A stretch of 64,000 bases of DNA from Phallusia mammillata (lineage: Eukaryota). The stretch lies in contig OZ281500.1 in assembly GCA_965637545.1 (NCBI GenBank), positions 23,498,001 through 23,562,000 of the forward strand, in the 5' to 3' direction. Below the pieces are notes generated by a model. That model did no database searches. It saw only the letters and a list, made by a program, of their open reading frames with translations, and had not been told where the DNA came from. The position numbers were made by a program, and so were the translations under genes. The stretch's first letter is position 1. Each line of letters begins with the position of its first letter. This document shows positions 20,539 to 34,100 of this stretch, in pieces.

Positions 20539-23500
20539 ATGAAAATTTCAGAAGTCTCCACTGCCTCTTCTTACAGACCTCGCCGATTGTCAGTCATTGG
20601 TGTTGGGTTTGATTTAAGGAAGCCGGTTTACCCGAAATGCAGCCACCAGCAAGACGGTGCGAATTACAGACGACCTACTAGAAGCAAATGTACTCAGACA
20701 GATGATTTAGGCGAATTTTCTAATCATGCCAACCGAATAACGAATCTTGAAGTCAGAGAGAAAGTTGATTTCGTAAAATCAGGGCTTTTGACGGAAGCAG
20801 AACAAGCTTTGCCACCTCGAGGTATCAATTGGCGAGATAGGATTGCACTGCTTGGCCGGTACGCTGGGTTATTTGCTGATTTGTCACATTCTGATCTACC
20901 AGACGAGGACCCGCTTGTTTCAGATTTTCTCAGAAACAACATCAGTGCTGGCCCTGCGCATTTGGATACAACCCCGCAGTTAAGATACGGATTTAGGCAT
21001 TTAAGGGATGATTGTACAAGTTCTAGTGTTGACACTACCACTGAAAACGAATACTATCTAGCCAACCACGACGTGAGGCAGCCTATAATAAGAATCACCT
21101 CAGCATCAGTGAAACGAGACAACGAAGAGAATCCAACAGTTGATTCGCCAGATATTGATGATATGGGAACAAGTCACATCGAGAAGCTTAAACTGGATCT
21201 TAACAGTCCTGGTATGGGTGAAAAGAACTTTATCATTTCGCCCAAGCCCTCAGCCTTTCGTAGGACGCCAGTACGTAACGGGATTTCGCCTAAACCGAAG
21301 CGAAACGAAGGACACAACATTTCCCCAATTTTGCATAAGAGCGCGGACGATTTGCACGGACTAAATGAAAACGGCTACTTACCCCAAATTAAGACACCGG
21401 AGATTCAGGCTTTTCCTGTCAATTCTCCTGGAAAGAAAAACCCCACCCGTGCAAACGGCGTTATGAAACCACGTGATAAACCTCGAGTGACGTCAAACCT
21501 ACGTAATGCCTCTGCAGCAATGGAAAACGTGCCAAAGGTTGGAAACGGAACGGGGTCAAGACGAAATTCTGCAGCGGCTGCTGTGATAAAAAGCAGCAGT
21601 CCCCATTTCAGGAGTGAAGTATATAAGTAAGTAAAGAATGGCTTCATTTAAGTGTTTCTTGGCTGTTTAAAAATGCAAAATAATGAAAACAGTATGAAGG
21701 TGTAAAATAATTTTGTATGCCATAACGTGAACGAATGGGTTCGCAGACGCAAAGTATAAAAACACGTCATGGGTTGTTGGCAACAGCATGCATTAGGATT
21801 AGCTAATCAAAAAATGCTTTTTGTTATTACTTTCAACTCAAACGGGACCAAATGCATTTGACTTCACAACAGTTCGGTTAAGTAGGCTACCATTCGTTTA
21901 TTTTTTACTGCTAGATTCCAAGCAAACGCCCGAAACACTATGACAATTTTAGAAAAAAATGTTGCGATCTTGCAAAAAAATCGTTTATATATTTGCAAGC
22001 CTTATATCGAATTTTTAAAGTAGGCTATACCTTTATTCGTGAAAGGAATACTATGATTGCCTGCAGTTTTCTGCCCGAAACATAACAACATGTTTTCCTG
22101 CATAACAAACATCACACACTTGCGAGCTTAACTTGGTAGGAGCTTAATACATTATACATGAGATGTCGGTAAATTTCATCAACAATCATGAATAAGTCAC
22201 GTTATTCATGTAAGAGGATCACGAATATGAGTATTTTGATGAAATACGATATTTTTATTGCATTACACCGCTAGTACTGCGGCTTGAGCAGGCTGCTTAT
22301 TGGGAATTTAGCATTTATCGAACCGTTTTACGAACCTACACTTCAAGATGATATTCTACCCCCAATAAGACGTTTTTAAGTCTATTAAAGCAATGTAAAC
22401 CATTTATTCGGCTAAAAGTTTTTTGTCTGCCACAAAAAACTCGTAACTATAACTGAAAGTCATTTACTGCTGGCTGAAACAGTGCACAAGGTTAGAGAGA
22501 TAATAGGCTACTTACTGAAAAAAGTTTACAAACAACAATTATTCAGAAAAGTTGTAAGAGGGACTTTAAAATTGATAAACTGCGGCAAACACGGTTTCGA
22601 GTGTAGGGTCAGGCCTGAATCAAGCCTGTTTTGGTTTAACTCAAATCCAGACCCGACGTGAAAAGCCCAGGACTTATAACTTGGCCACTGATATATCTGC
22701 CAAGTTACTCAAAAAATAATTTAAAATTTAAACGCTAGTTTTCGCCTCAATGTGTTTCAGACTGGAGAGGGGAAGAGATGACTTGATCCGAAGGAATCAG
22801 TACCTCCAGAAGCAAATCCTCCGAGAGCAGGAGGACCTCAGGAACGTGGAAGCATCCCAGAAGATCGACGATCTCGGGATGAGGAACCACGAACTCCAGG
22901 AGGAAAGAGACGAAGCGAGACACCAAGTGAGCATTTGATTTCTTACAGATAAGAGGACAACTATTAAGTTAAATACATGCGACACAAATAATTAAAGATA
23001 TGCCGTGAAATTTTCCGTTCATTTTTAACAGTAGGCCTAAGTAAATATATTGCCCAATGTTGGTTTGTGATTTTTAATGTAACAACCACTAAACTAATGT
23101 TTTATAATTTTGTCGGACTAAATGTTTCGTGTTTCGCCTGGGTATATTAAACGTATTATTTGAAGTGTGGTGATACGACAGTTAATTTTTAAAGTTCGCC
23201 TTATCTTTCAAACAAACGCTCTTAGCAAAAATTTTGGAATGTTACAAAGTTGTCAATACGATTTGGCAAACCAAAAATAAGGTCGCGGGCCGGATTAAAT
23301 GACCTTGCGGGCCGTAGTTTAGTGACGCCTGGTTTAGATCAACGAGTTTTTGTCGTTCCCAGGAGCAACTTGCCAAAGAGCGACTTTCCGGTTCAGAAAT
23401 GCAACAGAAACTCGTAATGGATGAGAGCGCCGACTCGTGCAAACAAATCAAAGGCTCAGAGAAGATGATCGGGGAGATGAAAAAGGAGCTAGACCGGTAT

Positions 23501-26294
23501 ATGACTTAACTCTATCACTATATAATGCCGATAAAATTAATGAAATTTGAAATTTTGCCATTCCAACATGACGTCACAAACAATACCATGACGTCATAAC
23601 GTGAATGTGGCGTATATATGTAAATTAATTTTGGAAAAAACGCAACAACAAAAAAAATCTTTTATATCGTTCCGCACAAAAAGATTTTAACTTAAAAGAA
23701 CGGTCAGAAAAGCAAGAACGGTCAGAAAAGCGCGTTTGACATGAAAACACAAGTTTATCTACTTGACAATTAGTGCAGAATGGTTGCGTTTCGTCTGCAT
23801 TTTAGTTCTGTGGGGTTTAACATTGCCTCAAGCATGATTGCCAACCCGACTATCAATTACTGTTTTTTTGTCTGCAGTGGGAAAAGTTGTCACTATCGGT
23901 GTATAACATGGCATCTATTTACCATACACGAGCTCTACGGCGGTTATAGTATACCGCCAAGAAATATGCCAGCATTTACTTTTATCCTGTTTTGCGGAAT
24001 TTGAAGTTTGTCTGCATAAAAAAAATGCCAGTAGCAGTACTTCACCCCTTGCACGGATAATGCGAAACGTTAACAAAGGCTACTAAGCCGTTTACTTTTG
24101 ATAAAACTAGGTTTAGAATCGGCGTCAATATGGTAAAAAATATAGTGATTGACGCGATTTTCGTTGGTACTAAGAAGAAAGGACACGTTTAACGCTTTAA
24201 ATGGGTTCTCGTAAAAGATTCTCTTTGCAAAAATGGCCGATTCGGCCGAATAAATTCGGCAAACCGAATATTCGGTACATCTCTAATTTTTATGCCTTAT
24301 TTAAACCGTCAGTGCAGAGTTGTAAGTCGAGCCATACGACTCAGTTTCGGTTGGTAAGTCTAAGGCTGCGTTCACACTCGGGCACCACGGTAGGTTTTCG
24401 CTACTAGGAATGAAACTTTTTGGTAGTATGAACGAAACGTCACCTCCCGAAACCTGGTACGAAAAGAGGTGGTTTCGCACCTAAACGTGGTCGTGAAACC
24501 CGTGTCTGAACGAAGCAAGGCGTGAAACCGAATGCTGCGGTTTGTACGTTGGTTTGTAATAAGTGCTGTCTATTTCGTTACTGAAGTGTACGTTTGCGTG
24601 CCTAAAATGAGTGAACGAGGAATACTATGGTCTGAAGAAGAAGTCACAAAATTAATTGTTTGGAGTGCGGAGGAAGTTCAGCTCATGATTTCAACGGCAA
24701 AGGGCCATAACGAGATGTTTCAAAAAATTGCATTGGGTCTACATGTGTGTAACTCAATGAGTTAAATGGGAAGTCTTGATTGAGCTGTACACGTCTTCGT
24801 TTTTGTTTAGTAAGAATCCAAAATAAATTTACACTTGAAAACCTTCCACTTAAATCCATGTTTATTCCTTTTTATGAAAATGAAATGCATTTAAATAAAG
24901 TCTACGAACTTTTTCAAGCATGAACTGCCCAGTTCATTTAAACTCTAATCTGCCGTTGCCGAAAATCAAATAAAACTGGCGATAGTAGTAAGTTTTTTCA
25001 ACAACATCAGGTTTGAAACCACACTTTTCTCTCATCGCGAAACCTGTCTTCAGACGTCAAAACCTGTCGTCCACACCAGCCAAAAACGCGATGCCTAGAC
25101 GACGTTTTTTGCTCGGTGTGAACGCGCGGGGCATGAACACCAGGTACGAAACCACTGGACGGTGCCCCTGAGTGAACGCAGCCTAAGTTTTGAGCCTAAT
25201 TGAGGTTTTATTTGAAAAACCACGATCGATTTTTAGACCCGCTTGCTCTTGGTTAATCAATAGATATCATTTCCACAATATTTTTCCCAATTCTAGTCGC
25301 TGAATGGAGGGTATAGACCTAACCTGCAAACTGACATAACGTGCTTTAAAATAGTTGTTGTTTACTTGCAGGTTAAACCACGAACAACGGAAGCTTCTGG
25401 AAGCGGGAAGTGCAGCGAGCGATAAACTGAAAAGCTTAGAGCAGGAAATTCTACAAGTTAAAGCTGATTCAGAACACGAGGGTGTTCTCAGGAGTGGCAA
25501 AGAGAATGACCATGACGTAAGAATGGGTATTGTGGCGTCAGAAATATTTTAAAGAACATTTTTACCTGATTAATCAAGTGTTAGAGGTATTTTTTGGGGT
25601 TCATTGCAGTTTTCAGTAGTGCATGCAGGTTAACTATCATTTTTAAGCAGAATCCTAATAAAAACATCATAGTATATAATATATTTCATAATATATAATA
25701 AATATATAATATATTGTTTATAGGAGTCCATAGAAAAGCTGAATGAACTGAAACAATTAATGGTGACAAAAGAATTCGAAAATCGTTCGAAATCGTCGAG
25801 AAACGCGAAAACTAAAGAAACAATCAAAGTCGCTAAAGACCAGCATTGCAAAGTGAATGAATCGCTCGAAAAACTGGAACGAAAAATCGAGGTTTTGTCA
25901 AAAACTCGAGCTCAAGTTAGTGTGGAGGTGGATGGCGCCAGAGAGCAATCGCAAAACACTTTAAAACTGCTCGCAGAAGCTCAGAGAAGATTCAGAAAAC
26001 GGGAAGAAGCGCGGATGAATATGAAGGACAAATCGTGCCAGGTTAGCATTTTTTGTTTTAATAACAAAATTGTAAACAATTGATACCGTTTGTATAAAAA
26101 TCAGTGTCGTGATAAAATAATTTTGTCTTAACTCAAAACCCTACAAAGATAATGCTTTAAGCTTCAACTTTGCAAATCTTTTTCAGACTGACGGCAGACT
26201 TGTGGCGCTTCGTGACGTAGCCTGGATTCGAATCGCTGAGGAGGAAGTAATCCTCTCTCCCCACTGTGGAACAGCGAGAACAGGTCGATTGTGA
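20539..26294 (+). CDS. Uncharacterised ~652-aa protein: disordered N-terminal half and coiled-coil C-terminal half
   Basis: Exons 20539-21626, 22761-22926, 23363-23496, 25372-25516, 25724-26041, 26187-26294 (TGA) join in frame (phases 2,0,2,0,0). The coiled-coil part is heptad- and E/K/Q/L-rich (KLERGRDDLIRRNQYLQKQIL, ESLEKLERKIEVL). The start is uncertain because acceptor-like AGs occur at 20538 and 20576. No family recognised. Confidence 0.8.
23270..23331. mobile_element. Right-end fragment of a hAT-type MITE
   Basis: CGCGGGCCGGATTAAATGACCTTGCGGGCCGTAGTTTAGTGACGCCTG resembles the GCGGGCCG sub-terminal block and TIR of the 10136 family. Confidence 0.5.
23886..24126 (+). repeat. Dispersed ~240-bp repeat, copy 1
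   Basis: Colinear, highly similar direct copy at 26721-26960 (e.g. TGCACGGATAATGCGAAACGTTAACAAAGGCTACTAAGCCGTTTACTTT identical). No TIR or TSD seen. Confidence 0.9.
24364..25183 (+). mobile_element. Non-autonomous PIF/Harbinger element (820 bp) retaining a Myb/SANT-like ORF fragment
   Basis: TIRs GGCTGCGTTCAC / GTGAACGCAGCC. TAA TSD at 24361-24363 and 25184-25186. Internal ORF 24607-24765 (MSERGILWSEEEVTKLIVWSAEEVQLMISTAKGHNEMFQKIALGL) fits the N-terminus of the Myb/SANT-like DNA-binding protein that Harbingers encode. Confidence 0.85.
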
Positions 26295-26500
26295 CGTAAC
26301 ATAGGAGTAGCGCGGGGTTTATTTTAAATGCAAATATCTTTGGGTTATTATATGTTTTGGTTTCAGGGCCCAATTGCCTTAATACTTCTGTTTATGTTTG
26401 TTTAATCTCAGTCAAAACTAAGACAGTATCTTTGGTTTGTAAACGATTTCGGTTTGAGGCATAAAAAGTAGCTTGATCCAAAGCTAATTTGTCATAAAGC

Positions 26501-26684
26501 CATAGTGGTGGGATTCAGCCGGTTCGCACCGGTTCTATACAACTGTCTCACGAAATTTTATGAGATCAGCGAACCGGTTAGCATTACTGTGGTTACTGTC
26601 AATGAACTTTTTGTAACAGAACCAGCTGAAAAATATGACTTTTGTGATAGAACCAGTTGACAAAAAAATTGAATTCAACCACTG
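26501..26684. mobile_element. hAT-type MITE with CAGTGGTGGGATTC-type TIRs
   Basis: Left end CA(TA)GTGGTGGGATTCA, right end TGAATTCAACCACTG. Flanks CATAAAGC / CATAAAGA match at 7 of 8 positions. Internal AACC(G/A)GTT motifs. Confidence 0.7.
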
Positions 26685-26720
26685 CATAAAGACTGTACAT
26701 AGTAAATATTAACAAATGCT

Positions 26721-26960
26721 GTTGTCACTATCAGTGCATAACATAGCATATATTTACCATACACGAGCTGTCTGGCAGTTATAGTATACCGCCAAGAAAT
26801 ATGCCAGCATTAACTTTGATCCTTTTTTGTGGAATTTGAAGTTTGCCTACATAAAAAAATGCCAGTAGCAGTACTTCACTCCTTGCACGGATAATGCGAA
26901 ACGTTAACAAAGGCTACTAAGCCGTTTACTTTGGATAAAAATAGGTTTAAAATCGGTGTC
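26721..26960 (+). repeat. Dispersed ~240-bp repeat, copy 2
   Basis: See 23886-24126. Confidence 0.9.
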
Positions 26961-27119
26961 TTTTTTGTAACTTTGTAATTTCCGTTCAGGTTTACAACGC
27001 AATGAATCGTCGCCGACCAACACTTTTCTGCTCGGTTCGGTGATGCCAGTATTTGAGGTCTACGAGGCTCCACAACCGGGAAAACACCCAACCACTGTGA
27101 CGTGTAACAAACGTCTAGT

Positions 27120-27275
27120 GGACGCTAGCGGCGGTAGAGAGTACATGTGGGTAGCTGAAGAATAACCACGTGGGCGGTTGGGAATCGATGAAGTTTTGAC
27201 GGGATTCGAACCCAGAACGCTCTCACATACGAATCCCGATCAGTTTTCATGGCTGAGCATTGGTCAAGCGCCTCA
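27120..27275 (-). mobile_element. tRNA-derived SINE remnant
   Basis: Minus-strand B-box GGGTTCGAATCCC (27201-27213) preceded by a tRNA-like D/anticodon remnant. No acceptor stem. Confidence 0.5.
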
Positions 27276-27599
27276 GATCATCCAGACAAATGTTTTGTGA
27301 CTATTTCCGCACTCTATTCTATCACGCAAATTGTAATCTTTGTGTACTAAAAATGAAATTGTGTGATTTTACTTGCAGTTCGAACTATATATTTGTATCA
27401 TCCGACCTATATCTATTAAACTTCTCAAGTCGGACAAAGGTTTTAAGAAAGACAACCCACTAATGTTGCAACTTGTCCGGGTTTACAGGGCACACGCCGT
27501 CCTGAAAAACTGTACGAACCAAGTTGCGTCTGTTGCAGCTGTTCGGTCATCAGACAAACATAAACAGATAAACGACAAACGTGTCGAGTCACTTAAATA

Positions 27600-27605
27600 T
27601 TTATT
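27600..27605 (-). terminator. Candidate polyadenylation signal of the RhoGAP-START gene
   Basis: AATAAA on the minus strand ~510 nt after the stop codon, followed by GT/T-rich sequence. Confidence 0.4.
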
Positions 27606-28118
27606 GTAGACATCTTTTGTGCGGAAAAAAGCTGGCGTGTCGGGGAAAAAAGACAAAAACAAAAAAATATAAACAACAACAAACCAACACGTAGAATCTC
27701 GTTGTGAACAAGAAGAAAAAACAAACAAACAAGTGAAGCGGACACGATCAAAAAACGACAAAACAAGAAGAGGAGTACAAGCAGAAAAACACGGGTGTAT
27801 GCGCTCGGTACAAGATGACAAGATTTCTGGCCGTTAAGTCACTATGCTGACCTCTCAACACTTGTAGCAATAATAATATACGGGGCAGTGTGATGCGAGT
27901 TTTGAGGTTTTTCGAGAGCGAGGACGGCCAAAGCGACTGCGCCGAGACTATTGAAAATTGTGAGCACGAGAGGGAGACACGGAGCACATGCGAGAGAAAA
28001 AGAAAAAAAGCAGGGCGAGCGAGAGAGCCGCCAGGTTTTGAACTTATCATGAGAAGCAAATCGGAGCACTGAAGATTCGAAATCAATCGTGAAAAACCTT
28101 GAACAATGACCTTGAGAA

Positions 28119-31100
28119 TTACGTGGAAGCGACCTTGGGCGGCATGACACGAATTGAATCCCTGAGCCTGAGCAGCAGCTGACAGTCGATGTGGCCGAAA
28201 GTCTTGTTGTACCATTCCGGGTTTCGGCCTTTGGTGTCCACGCGACTCACGTGGGTAAGCAAACACTTGGACGGGTTGTCTGTGGGCTCGATGACGTAGC
28301 GTGACGTCAGTACGACGCCTCTGACGTCACCGAGGAGGTTGGGTTGGCTCGTGGAAGCTTCGACAATGACGGAAGCGCCGCGCGAGTTGGCGTTTGTTCT
28401 CCATGATCTAGAATACAAAAATTACAAGTTTAAAAATCTGTCTGATACAAAACGTAAAGGTGATAAATAGCATCTAATTTTTTGCGTAGACGATTATTTA
28501 CGAAGCCAGTGTACAGTAATATTTACTAATGAGGCCCCATTCTATTTGAATAAGGAATGGATAATGAAGCAATGTGGGATATTACTTAAAAAACACATTA
28601 GGGATTAATCTTTATTTAACTGTAGTCCCTGTGCTTTGCTATATTGCTACAAATACACTTTGTTTAGAACTCGGGTTACCGCCATAGCCAAGAAAGCTTG
28701 GGAGTTTGTACATTTTGTTTTAGTCACATTCAACAAATTAATACAACTCACCTTAAAACGCAGTAATCCCTGGTCGGGTGCGGGCTCATTTCAGCTCGCA
28801 CGGTTTGAAACATCTGAGTTCTTTCGTCAGGTTGCTGCACAACTTTCCATTGCACAAGGTCGTCATCCCACAGGTGCCGTTCATTTAGCACTCGGTCGGT
28901 AACCTGCCTTACATCGGCTCCTTCAATTTCAACCTGGCAACGCCACATTCGCAGAGGATTGTCGTCGTTCATCTGAATGAAGAAACAAAGTTGTTTATTA
29001 TTGCGTGAAATTGAATGCTGTTGAGTAATTAAGAGGATAATATAATTTGTTTGTGTTATAATCAACATTTTATCCAGGGAAACTAAACAAAGCAAGTTAA
29101 AATCCCACCTTCTTATACATAAGTTCGCTTCCCGGGGCACTCGGCACACTTTGCCATCCGCCTTTGTTCTGCGACACGCGCTGTTCTTCACGAATCGTCT
29201 GTGACGTAATACGGTCGACGTAGGCATGGAAATCGGCGTAATAATCGCTCTCATCGCCCATGTCGGGGGTGTAACCGATCTCGTCGGCTAAAACGTCTTC
29301 GCTTTGTTGCATCACAGACATACGACATTGCGTCATAGCATCTTCGGAGATCTGTTGAGTAAATAGAAAAAAATTGAGTAAATGAATGTAGCTTCCAATT
29401 TACTTGCAAGTTGATAAAATGAGAATCTTTTATGAGCTTTTAATGTTTGGTTAAGGTGCGCCTATGTGGTGATAAATATAAATCTCACACTGCCTGACAA
29501 ATACCTCATGCAAATATGCCCTAAAACAGTTGTATAGCACAAAAATAGAATATACGTTGACCAGGGGCGTCAAATTTTTATGTGTCAAGTTAAATTCTCG
29601 AATAATCACGTTTTTCTGTCGCACGATTTTAAGGCAAAAGTCGCCGAAACACGTTAATTCCTGGCGCATGAATAAGACACCAAATTTTGGCGGTCACGCT
29701 GTCTGGTAAATCGTGACTAGCAGACTTGGAATTAAGAATTATTCGTCACTCATCGCAAAAAGGCGCCCAAAATGCACGAGGGCGTTGTACACTTGACCCC
29801 TAAAGTCCCCCTTTTCAACGAGGTCAGACCCCTAAAAGCCCCCACTTTAAAAGTCACGATGCTACACAATAATCCCGGAAATGGAAACGGTGTCAAACAA
29901 TGTAAGAATGTATCATTTTTCGTTACTTAAACTCAGCGCCTTAAGCCCACATGGAAATGTCAATCAAATGCGTCTTACCTTGAACAATTCCTTGACGTGA
30001 CGAATCATGAAGGCCAGACAGTTGTTCGCTGCCACATTTTCGTTCATTTCTTTCATGTCCGGCCGTCCAAGCGCCAAACCGGTCGCACCCTTGCCAGCCT
30101 GCTGTTTTCGCACTCTGCAAAGTGACGTAACAATGACGGTTAGTCGACGCCATAGTGTATTCGAGCTTGTTAGGGTTGAGTTAAAGCGGAAATGGTTGGC
30201 GACCCAATTGTTCTGCTAACTTAGTTACTGATGCGATTGTAGCGTTAAGCCCGCCAAAAAGCGAAATATAAGCTTTAAAACCCATACGCAACTGCCATAG
30301 AGCTTGTATAAAGTGAATACTTTTCATTTTTTGAAATTTTTAAAGGTTTTATTCCAATACAATGGATGTTAAATATCCATGTAGCAATTTCAGACCAATG
30401 CAACCATGACTCAGCACTTACTTTGGCGAGGATGACGAGGCACTTTTAATGCTGCCGAATTGTTGATAGAAAAGCGAAGGTGCAAAGCATGTTGCGAGAT
30501 TCGTTTCGTTCATGTGATTTTCAGCAGAACGTGATGAAACGTCACTGAGGAAGCAGAGCAAAGTCTTTAACGTTTCCCGAGTTTCGTCTGGCAAAAGCAT
30601 AACGGCCGCCTGCAGCGTTTGAAGCCAGAGTTCTTTTGGGACATCTGAGGAGATAAAAAATGTGGGTCAGATTTTAAGCAGAGCCGACGGAAATTATACA
30701 AGTTACTGGATTTCGTTGTGTTGGTTTACAAATTTGTAGTAAAGTAGGATAAAACTGTTATTGATTCCAAAAAGCATCAGATAACCGAAGTCTAATGGCC
30801 CTAATTAACCAATAAAATCCCAAACATTTCCAAAACCAAAAAAATTCCTAATAAAACAAATTGCATTTATTACGTTCAGGTCATTTACAATATTGCCCTA
30901 AATCTACCACAAAATTTTGAAATTTCACAGTTTAAACTTACATAGGAAGATTCCAATAAACGTTTCTGACATTTTCATGGTCATCAGTGGGTCTGGGAGC
31001 TCGCGGAAGAACTGTTTCACCATATCTGCTACATCATAAGCGCTACACTCCTCAAAGTTGGCCAGGAGAGGGTTGTTTTCGCAGTTTGCACGGAGCTTCT

Positions 31101-34100
31101 GGATCCTGGATCGAACGCCAGGTTTGCGGAACAGGCCGACTTGGTCTAGCGCCGTACGGCGGAGAAAAGCCAAGGCGTGTTGTATGCATTGGGGAAGTGG
31201 CTGTCCAAATCGTTTCACGTTCTGTAGGAGGGGGACACTGAAGACTGCCTTGTCTTTGTAGTCCGGAACCTTGATGCGACGGATGAAGCGAGGTACGGAC
31301 CTACAGGGTAAAAACATTGTTGTTATCATGTGATTGTTATCATGTGATCTCTAGTTCAGGTACAATTCACGTAAGTTACGATTTATTGCTTCGTGTACAA
31401 ACATATTTGCAAACAAAAGTACCTTATCATTATTGTGATTTACTTTTCAAAAACTAAATACTTAATCAGAGTTACAAGTCGAAAACTCGTCGTTTTAACA
31501 CAACTCACCAGCTCAAAGAGCCTTTGCTTGTGTTGAAGGCGTAACTTTCCAGCAAAGCCGTAAGTTTTAACATCGACAAGCGCCTCAAAATCATCAGTTG
31601 ACCGACGGAAAGGTTGTGGAGTTGTAAAGTTTGTTGTGATTGAGAACCGGGTCCGTGATCGCGGTTGAAACTCTGCCATCTGAGCCTGGCTTGTCGGAGT
31701 CTGTGTAAATCAACAAACGGACGCATGTTAACATGATATTGGGTAGCGCAGGACTGGAATTTACTAAAATAGGATAATTCACATAGATAACGGTCCATTG
31801 GAAAACAGAGTATTGGTGTTTGCACAGATAAAAGTTACACAAAATCGTAGGCGGTTTCAGGAAATGTTTGTCACAGTTAATTTGGTTTATTAGAAAATTG
31901 CACTAAAATACAACGAGACGACCTAAATGGTAATGGGATTTTCCGGTGCTTGCGCAGCTAACGAGACGAGAAGGGAGGTCAAATAACTAGACGAAGTCGT
32001 TATACTTGGCATTCTTTTAAGCACCCTTAAGCTGCAGCGCGTTTAACCTTGATTTAGTTGTGACCTCCACTATTTTGTGCCCCTTAACGTTGCGCAGCTA
32101 TTCTTGGCTTGGTGATTGTTTTAGTGCTATTAGGTCGCTATGTGTTCTTTCACCAAGCGAAATAAACTCAATCATTCACAGTACAAATGCGTACGCCAAT
32201 GTACAAACATGGACATAGACGGTACAATTTAAGCAGCGCACTTTAACTGTTAAGGCACGATTTTCTAAAAGGCGACAGGTTTTGCACGGATCGCGTTTCG
32301 AAACTGCGGTTATTGTGGTTTCGCCGCACGGGTCTCGCAGGCTTTTAGGTCATTTTGAGATGAAAGGCAAACCGAAACGAGCGTGTCCTGCCAGCCTGAT
32401 TAGGCGTATCGGCAAAAAGCACTTTCATCTTGTTGAACCATTTCAGCGAGCAGATAGTCGGCAAAACATCTGCGGCTACTAGTTAATTGACTGCAGCATG
32501 TGTTATCGAGCGTGCTGATCTAGCAGCCACGCTTCATCTGAAGGTTTAGCGATATGGGGACTGTACGTTGTAGGTTTATAAACTTACCTAAGTTTGTGAT
32601 CGCTGTCGGCGCCTCTTGAAGCCGCTATTGTTTCATCTTCGGCTGATGATATGTTCTGTAACAATGACAATGTTTAAGTTCAAACTCCAATGTACACAGT
32701 TTTCCATGCTATCTCGTAAATTAAAAGCGTTTTTGTTACTTCTTTAGCAATATAAGTCAGAACTTGTTTATATAGCTGCTTTGGTACACGACATTTATTG
32801 GCATTTAGGTGGAAATTTTATCCCTTTGCATTCTCGTACCTCTGAGCTGTAGCTTGGCAAGACAACCGCTTCCTGATGATCAGATTTATTATCTTCCTCA
32901 TCTTCCCACGACCTCACCATCTGCTGGAGAGTGTGCGTCCTCTCAACGATGTCATCCACGCTCCAGAAAGCAGCATCCGTCGGAGCAGGAGCACCAACAT
33001 CCAAAGATTCTTGGCTCCCGACCACAAAGACTCCAGAGTCATCCACCGATCTGGCAGTCGGATCCAGAATGTTCATAAGATCTTGAGCGGATGCTGCTCC
33101 ACTCAGAGCGCTCTCTGGGAGGTTGTCGTAAATGCTCACGGGACGTTGGGTTCTCCCGGAATTGGAGTCGGACTCGCTTCCTCCTGAAAGAGGAGCAGCT
33201 TCTCCGTCAGATCCGAGTTCCCGGATGGCAGAAGGGAATTTGCCGGGAATGTGATCCTTTGGCATCATGAAGATTGTGGATTCGGGATCGGGAAGAGTTT
33301 GTGCTCTTGATTTGGATGAGGAAGTTTCGAGATGAGGACGGGTAAAGCGGCGACCAGTGGAGGATTCAATTTCACCAGAATCAGATTTTGAACTGAAGTC
33401 CTGAAGAAGTTTTAAGTTAAAATCGAAACAAATCTTAAACTTAACATGTTTGAAAACCCTTAACAAACCTCTGTGAAGGAGCGGAGACGAGAAGCAGGAG
33501 TAGATGCGGTGCTGGCTGCTCCACTTCCAGAAGAGGATGAGGAGCTGATGAGAGATTGAGAGGAGTTCTTTCTTCCGCGATGCTGGTTCTGGAGGTTGCT
33601 AATCCCGTTTGCGGTTGATTGTTCGATGGGAAGACATCGCATGTTGTCAATCTTCTCATGACCACTTTTCAGCACAGGTTCGCTGATGACGATTGTCTTT
33701 CCACCTTTCCTTATCGACTTGGACTTCACATCGCCCAACGGACGTGCCTTGCTGGCGGTTCTAGGGTCCACGTCAGCGGAACCGGTTCGCTGGTGTCGCC
33801 GAAAGGAACCGGGTCGAAATTTACGGAGGTCTACCCGACGCAGAAAGCTGTTGCTTTTCGATTTTCCCACTTTTATTCCGCTGTGTTTCAAAGCGCCGTC
33901 GATGATTGGACGCTGCTGATCGGGAGGTGAAGGGTCGTCACTACCAGCGCTGGAGAGTCGCTCTTCGGGGGCAAATACGTCACCGGCGTCCTGTCAAAAT
34001 GGATTGTTAAGTCACAACGGCGACAACATATCAGTTTTAACATCTGCCCGTGAAACAATCTCGGTTCGAGAACAAATAGCTTAAAAACCGCGCGCGCGTC

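Noticed and set aside
20724-21647. Antisense and alternative-frame ORFs over the large first exon (also those over 32809-33930 and 34529-34822)
   Set aside because: Expected shadows of genuine GC-richer coding exons.
23696-23731. Perfect 18-bp tandem duplication, with similar small duplications near 8810, 14580, 31320, 49090 and 55740
   Set aside because: Ordinary slippage or repair duplications; no shared sequence or pattern.
27545-27560. CUGAUGA on the minus strand in the RhoGAP 3'UTR
   Set aside because: No stem II and no GAAA-N-UH arrangement; a chance heptamer.
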